From contig CAWFSF010000005.1 in NCBI GenBank assembly GCA_963818475.1, positions 416,001 to 480,000 of the forward strand: a DNA stretch of 64,000 nt, given 5' to 3'. How positions within the stretch are numbered: the stretch's first letter is position 1; every line of letters begins with the position of its first letter. The translations under genes and the position numbers were made by a program. The stretch is from Nitrospirota bacterium (GTDB lineage Bacteria; Nitrospirota; UBA9217). Shown piece after piece: positions 59,796 to 64,000 of this stretch. The notes under the pieces are model-generated. The model was not told the origin of the DNA. It worked only from the letters and a program-made list of their open reading frames with translations, and made no database searches.

Positions 59796-60668
59796 TCACT
59801 GCCGAATATACCCGCTCAAGGGGGACGCCACCAGTGTCTCGGTGGGAAAGAGCTTCCATCCTCTGTTCGATAGATTCTCCGCTGCAGTCATGCAGCCCGT
59901 CCCGGTCTCGAATATGCCAAATACCGTTGGCCCGCTCCCGCTCATCAGTACTCCCGCAGCTCCCTGTTCCAGAAGCGATTGCCGGATCGTATGAATGACA
60001 GGATGCGCAGCCGCTGTTACGGTCTCAAGATCATTATGCAGCCCTGCTGCGATATTCCCGACCGTAAGCCGTAGAATTTTATTACAGTCTACTTTTTTTG
60101 TCAACCTCAAATTTAGATTTTTATAGACCCAGGCCGTGGAGGTCTCAAAACCGGGATTTACGAGCAATATCTGCAACTTGGGCAAAGGAGGCAGTTCCGT
60201 GAGCCGTTCGCCGCGCCCCTGCGCCAGGGCCGTGGGCCCGTACAAGAAGAAGGGAACGTCCATCCCGAGCTTGGCGCCGATCTCCGGCGAGCTCTTCCCG
60301 GTCGAGCCCGATGCCGAGCACGGCATTGGCCGCAACAAGCACGGCAGCTGCATCGCTGCTCCCGCCGCCAAGCCCGGCTGCAACGGGAATGGACTTCCGG
60401 ATCGTTATGGAAAGCCCGGCTCCCGGCCTGCCCGCTTCAGCAGGGCGTGGCCGGCCTTCCAGGCGATATTGTCCTCTCCCGCCGGAATCGCATCGCTGTC
60501 GCAGCTGATCCGCACGCCAATGCCGTCTCGGGCGGCCACGGTCACCTCGTCGTAGAGGCCCACCATCTGCATGAGCATCTCCACATCGTGGTAGCCGTCC
60601 GGCCTGCGGCCGAGCACGGACAGGCAGAGATTGATCTTTGCAGGCGCTTTCAGCGTGATCGATTGCAT
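59796..60668 (-). CDS. ispE: 4-diphosphocytidyl-2-C-methyl-D-erythritol kinase (frameshifted)
   Basis: [44 protein letters not shown]. Confidence 0.95.
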
Positions 60669-61444
60669 CAGGGCGCTCCGGACTCCTCATCGGGAAGCGA
60701 AAACAGCGCTTCGTCAATGGGCACGTTCACATCGACCTCGGCATAGCCGATGGTCAGGGAAAATTTTTTGTCAGGGTTCTCGATGATGACCGCCCTTGGC
60801 ATGAGGTAGTGCGAGGTTTCCGCGACCTGTTCGAACCGCGCCCGGTACACGAGCTTCCCGCCGCGGTACAGTTCGGAGATGACGGGCGTCAGCATCGTCC
60901 CTGAACCGGAGGGATGGTTGACAACCTGCACGCGGCGGACGAGGTCATCCTGGCGGATCGTCAGCTCGCAGAGGCCTGCCCTCCGCATGCTGCTGAAACC
61001 GCAGCCGATAGCGGCACGGGCGGAACATTTCCCGCGAGGGCGGAGCAAAGTTCCTGAACCTCCAGCCCTGCTCCGAACAGCCGCTCCAACCCGACGGCTC
61101 CCGGCCGCACCACCCGGTCCTGCCCCGGCAGCCGAAGCAGCACCTCCCTGCCGTCCCAGACCAGGACCAAAAGCGACTGGCCCAGCGGCCCGTAGGCCTC
61201 CATCCGGAGCCGGTCCTGCGACGCGAGCACTATACCCACATTGTCAAAAGACCGTTTGCGGCCCTTCCTGACCGTTTCAACGCCAGCCACTGCTTTGAGC
61301 CCGGCAAAGGACTGTCGCCGTTGTTCCAGGGCCTGAAGCAGCGGCCCCGCAGGGACCTCGGTAAGGGGGATCTCAGGTGGCTTGGGCAGGCAGGCAAACA
61401 GCAGGGAGAGGAGAGCGAATAGTAACTGGACGAAATGTCTTCAC
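60668..61444 (-). CDS. LolB-like/DUF4292-type lipoprotein (frameshifted)
   Basis: Position between TPR gene and ispE; [11 protein letters not shown]; ends ALFSL. Confidence 0.6.
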
Positions 61445-63195
61445 TTTGTCTTCTTCGCGCCCGGTTTCCTGCCCTTGAGCAGTTCGTCGGGATCGCCGAA
61501 GCCTGTGTTCTTGAATTTCTCGCGAAGCTTCCGGTTCTCCGGATCGAGCGTGAGCGACTTCAGCCATTCTTCACGGGCTTTGCTCCTGTTCTTGAGTTTG
61601 AGGTAGATCTCTCCCAGGTGTTCACGCATCACCGGGTCGTCGCCGGTCCGCTTGATCGCCATTTTCATGTACCCGAGCGCTTCGTTCAGCATGCCCTTCT
61701 GATAGTACGCCCAGGCAAGGCTGTCCAGGATGTAGCCATTGTCGCGCTTGATGAGCAGCGCCTGCTTGATGAGCTGGATGGCCTCATCGAGGTGCTCTCC
61801 CTGCTCGGCATAGCTGTACCCGAGATAGTTCAGCGCATCGGCATGGTCGGGTTTCAGTTCGATCGTCTTTTTGAGCGCCTCGATCATGGCGTCGCGCATG
61901 TCGAGCTTCTCATAGGCGATCGCCAGGCTGAACTGCAGGTCGTCCCGGTCGGGCGCGAGTTCGATCCCCTTTTTGAGAACGTCCACCGCCTGCTGGTAGT
62001 GCTTCTGCTCCATATGAGCATTGGCGAGGTAGAGATAGAGATCTGCCTTCCCCGGCATGTCCACCAGCGCCTTTTCCAGGAACGGGATCGCATCAGCAGT
62101 GCGGTTCCGGAGCTCATAGAGGTACGCGATCTGCAGGATGGCGTCGATATCGTCGGGCGCCGCGGCGAGGATCGTCTCATATTCCCTGAACGCTTCGTCG
62201 AACCGCTCCCCTGCCAGGAGCATTGACGCAAGATAGCGCCGTACCTTGAGGTCGTCCGGCAGCGCCTTCGCAACAATCCCGAAGGCCGCGACCGCATCGG
62301 GATATTGTTTCTTTTCTGCATAAATGAGCCCCATCCTGACCAGGGAATCATAGTCCCCGGGCTCGGCCGCGGTCACCTGCCTGAGCTGCACCAGGGCATT
62401 ATCGAGCTCGTTCTGCTGGATGTAGAGCTGGGCCAGGTGGCGGCGGATGTCGGTGCTATGGGGGTTCGCCGCAAGGGCCTGCTGGTAAGCGCCGACGGCA
62501 TCGCCCATGAGGCCTTGCACTTCATAGACGTACGCCATGCCGGTATAGGCCGGCTCAAAATCCTCTTTGAGCGCTGCAGCCTTCCGGAAGGCTTCAAGCG
62601 CCTCGGGATAGCGCTGCCGTTCGGCGTAGATCCGGCCAAGGTAGTAGGGGGACATGAGAGAGGCGGGATTCTGCCTGCCCTGGGCCTTGAACGTCTCGAT
62701 CGCCTCATCGTACTGTTTCTGCGAAATATAGAGCAGGCCAAGATAGATGTAGGCGTCATCCTGCTTCGGGTCGAGGGCAATCGCCGCGCGGTAAGCATCC
62801 ACCGCGTCTGCATACTGTTTTTTGTTCGAGTAGATGCTCGCCAGCAGAAGAAGGGCTTGGGGATCGTCGGGCGCACTGGCTGCTGCCTTCCTGGCATAGA
62901 GCACGGCCTGGTCGAGCTGTCCCTTCTTGAGCGAGAGCGATGCCAGCGCCAACAGGACCGTGGGGGAACTCCGGTCAAGCAGGTAGGCGGCCTCGTATTC
63001 CTCGAAGGCCTCATCCAGCGCACCCGCCTGTTCCAGCAGGCCTGCCTCCATAAAGTGCCGGTAGGCCTCGGCCTGCGCGCGCGACTCGGAGCTCATGCTG
63101 CCTGCCAGGGTTACCGGCATGCGGGCCGGCGTGGATGCACAGGATGCGGTAAGCACTGCCAGCGCCGCAAGAATGGAGAGGTATTGTTTTTTCAT
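61441..63195 (-). CDS. TPR-repeat lipoprotein
   Basis: MKKQYL..LTASC lipobox; many TPRs; ALNYLGYSYA, YILDSLAW. Confidence 0.9.
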   Translation of the reverse strand: MKKQYLSILAALAVLTASCASTPARMPVTLAGSMSSESRAQAEAYRHFMEAGLLEQAGALDEAFEEYEAAYLLDRSSPTVLLALASLSLKKGQLDQAVLYARKAAASAPDDPQALLLLASIYSNKKQYADAVDAYRAAIALDPKQDDAYIYLGLLYISQKQYDEAIETFKAQGRQNPASLMSPYYLGRIYAERQRYPEALEAFRKAAALKEDFEPAYTGMAYVYEVQGLMGDAVGAYQQALAANPHSTDIRRHLAQLYIQQNELDNALVQLRQVTAAEPGDYDSLVRMGLIYAEKKQYPDAVAAFGIVAKALPDDLKVRRYLASMLLAGERFDEAFREYETILAAAPDDIDAILQIAYLYELRNRTADAIPFLEKALVDMPGKADLYLYLANAHMEQKHYQQAVDVLKKGIELAPDRDDLQFSLAIAYEKLDMRDAMIEALKKTIELKPDHADALNYLGYSYAEQGEHLDEAIQLIKQALLIKRDNGYILDSLAWAYYQKGMLNEALGYMKMAIKRTGDDPVMREHLGEIYLKLKNRSKAREEWLKSLTLDPENRKLREKFKNTGFGDPDELLKGRKPGAKKTK

Positions 63196-63201
63196 GTGCG
63201 T

Positions 63202-63230
63202 AGTGTAAGCCACCTGCGGGAGCGTGTCAA
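63202..63230 (-). promoter_or_regulatory. Sigma70 promoter, probably leaderless transcript
   Basis: TTGACA-N17-TACACT, 6 nt before ATG 63195, no SD. Confidence 0.7.
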
Positions 63231-63277
63231 GGAGGTTGCCGTGCGGAAGATTCCCGGCAATTCCCCAAATGCGCCAG

Positions 63278-64000
63278 CTAGGAAGCTGCCAGCAGCCTCC
63301 GTACCGCTTCGAGGCTGACATCGATATCGTCCTGCTCGTGCGCTTCGATCGTGTACACCGGCCGGGCGTTGTGACTGCGCAAATGCCGGAAGAACTTTTC
63401 GAAATCGACGGCGCCTTTGCCGAGGGCCCAGTGCGAATCCGCAGACCCGTCGTTGTCATGCAGATGCACCTCAAAAATGTACTTGCCCAGTCGCTCGAAC
63501 CATTGTTCCATGGTGACCCTGGTGAACAGGTTGAAGTGGCCCGTGTCAAAGCAGAACCCGAAGTCGGGGTGGCCAACCCGCTCAATGAGCAGGCACAGTG
63601 CCTCGGGGTCCTCGTCAAAAACATTCTCCACGGCCACGCGCACGCCGATCTTCGTGGCCGTATCCATCACCTTGCTCCAGGTCTCGATGCTGTTCTCGAG
63701 CCAGATGTCCGTCCGGCCGTTATAGCGCCACCGGTCGTATCCGGCATGGAACACCACCACGCGCGGCTTCAGCACGGCTGCTGCGCTCAGGATCCGGCTG
63801 AACCGCAGCTGGGTCACCGACCGGACCATGGGATCCACGGCGCCGGGATTGAGGTCCATGAACGGCGCATGGAGGCTGATCGAAGGCTTCCAGTCGAGGC
63901 TGCGGCAAAGGTTCTCCAGGTCCGCTTTCTCGACCTGGTCGAGCACAGCCGCCGACAGATAGATCTCGAGATCGTAGCGCCGGAGCCTCACCAGCTCGCA
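63278..64000 (-). CDS. Sugar phosphate isomerase/epimerase (xylose isomerase-like TIM barrel), 5' truncated
   Basis: SLHAPFMDLNPG, VENVF, CFDTGH, HLHDN, TIEAH. Confidence 0.88.
   Translation of the reverse strand, partial: CELVRLRRYDLEIYLSAAVLDQVEKADLENLCRSLDWKPSISLHAPFMDLNPGAVDPMVRSVTQLRFSRILSAAAVLKPRVVVFHAGYDRWRYNGRTDIWLENSIETWSKVMDTATKIGVRVAVENVFDEDPEALCLLIERVGHPDFGFCFDTGHFNLFTRVTMEQWFERLGKYIFEVHLHDNDGSADSHWALGKGAVDFEKFFRHLRSHNARPVYTIEAHEQDDIDVSLEAVRRLLAAS

Noticed and set aside
61441-63624. 727-aa version of the TPR ORF
   Set aside because: The extension overlaps the isomerase gene; promoter and lipoprotein signal place the start at 63195

Overview
Bacterial chromosomal window, about 58-60% GC by eye. 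Gene content and order (ispE-spoVG-tRNA-Gln-prs-rplY-pth-ychF; tmk-holB-PSP1-metG-tatD/radical SAM; multiheme cytochrome; split transketolase) suggest Nitrospirota or Desulfobacterota (inference). Many essential genes carry 1-bp frameshifts, which points to indel errors in the sequence rather than real pseudogenes. Accessory regions: (i) about 3.4-8.6 kb downstream of tRNA-Leu(CAA), with a HigBA-like TA pair, a 12-heme cytochrome c, two paralogous low-complexity secreted proteins and a small ORF with an in-frame TGA, bracketed by an imperfect direct repeat; (ii) 41.3-46.1 kb, a decayed integron with two intI remnants and one intact attC cassette; (iii) an IS481-like element with a 6-bp target duplication. 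The best novelty candidate is an unannotated stand-alone transcription unit at about 35.05-35.48 kb: sigma70 promoter, rRNA-type boxA, a roughly 310-nt RNA with five nested long-range helices, and an intrinsic terminator. It matches no housekeeping RNA I can recognise. Intergenic gaps also hold several families of short palindromic repeat elements, some nested inside each other.
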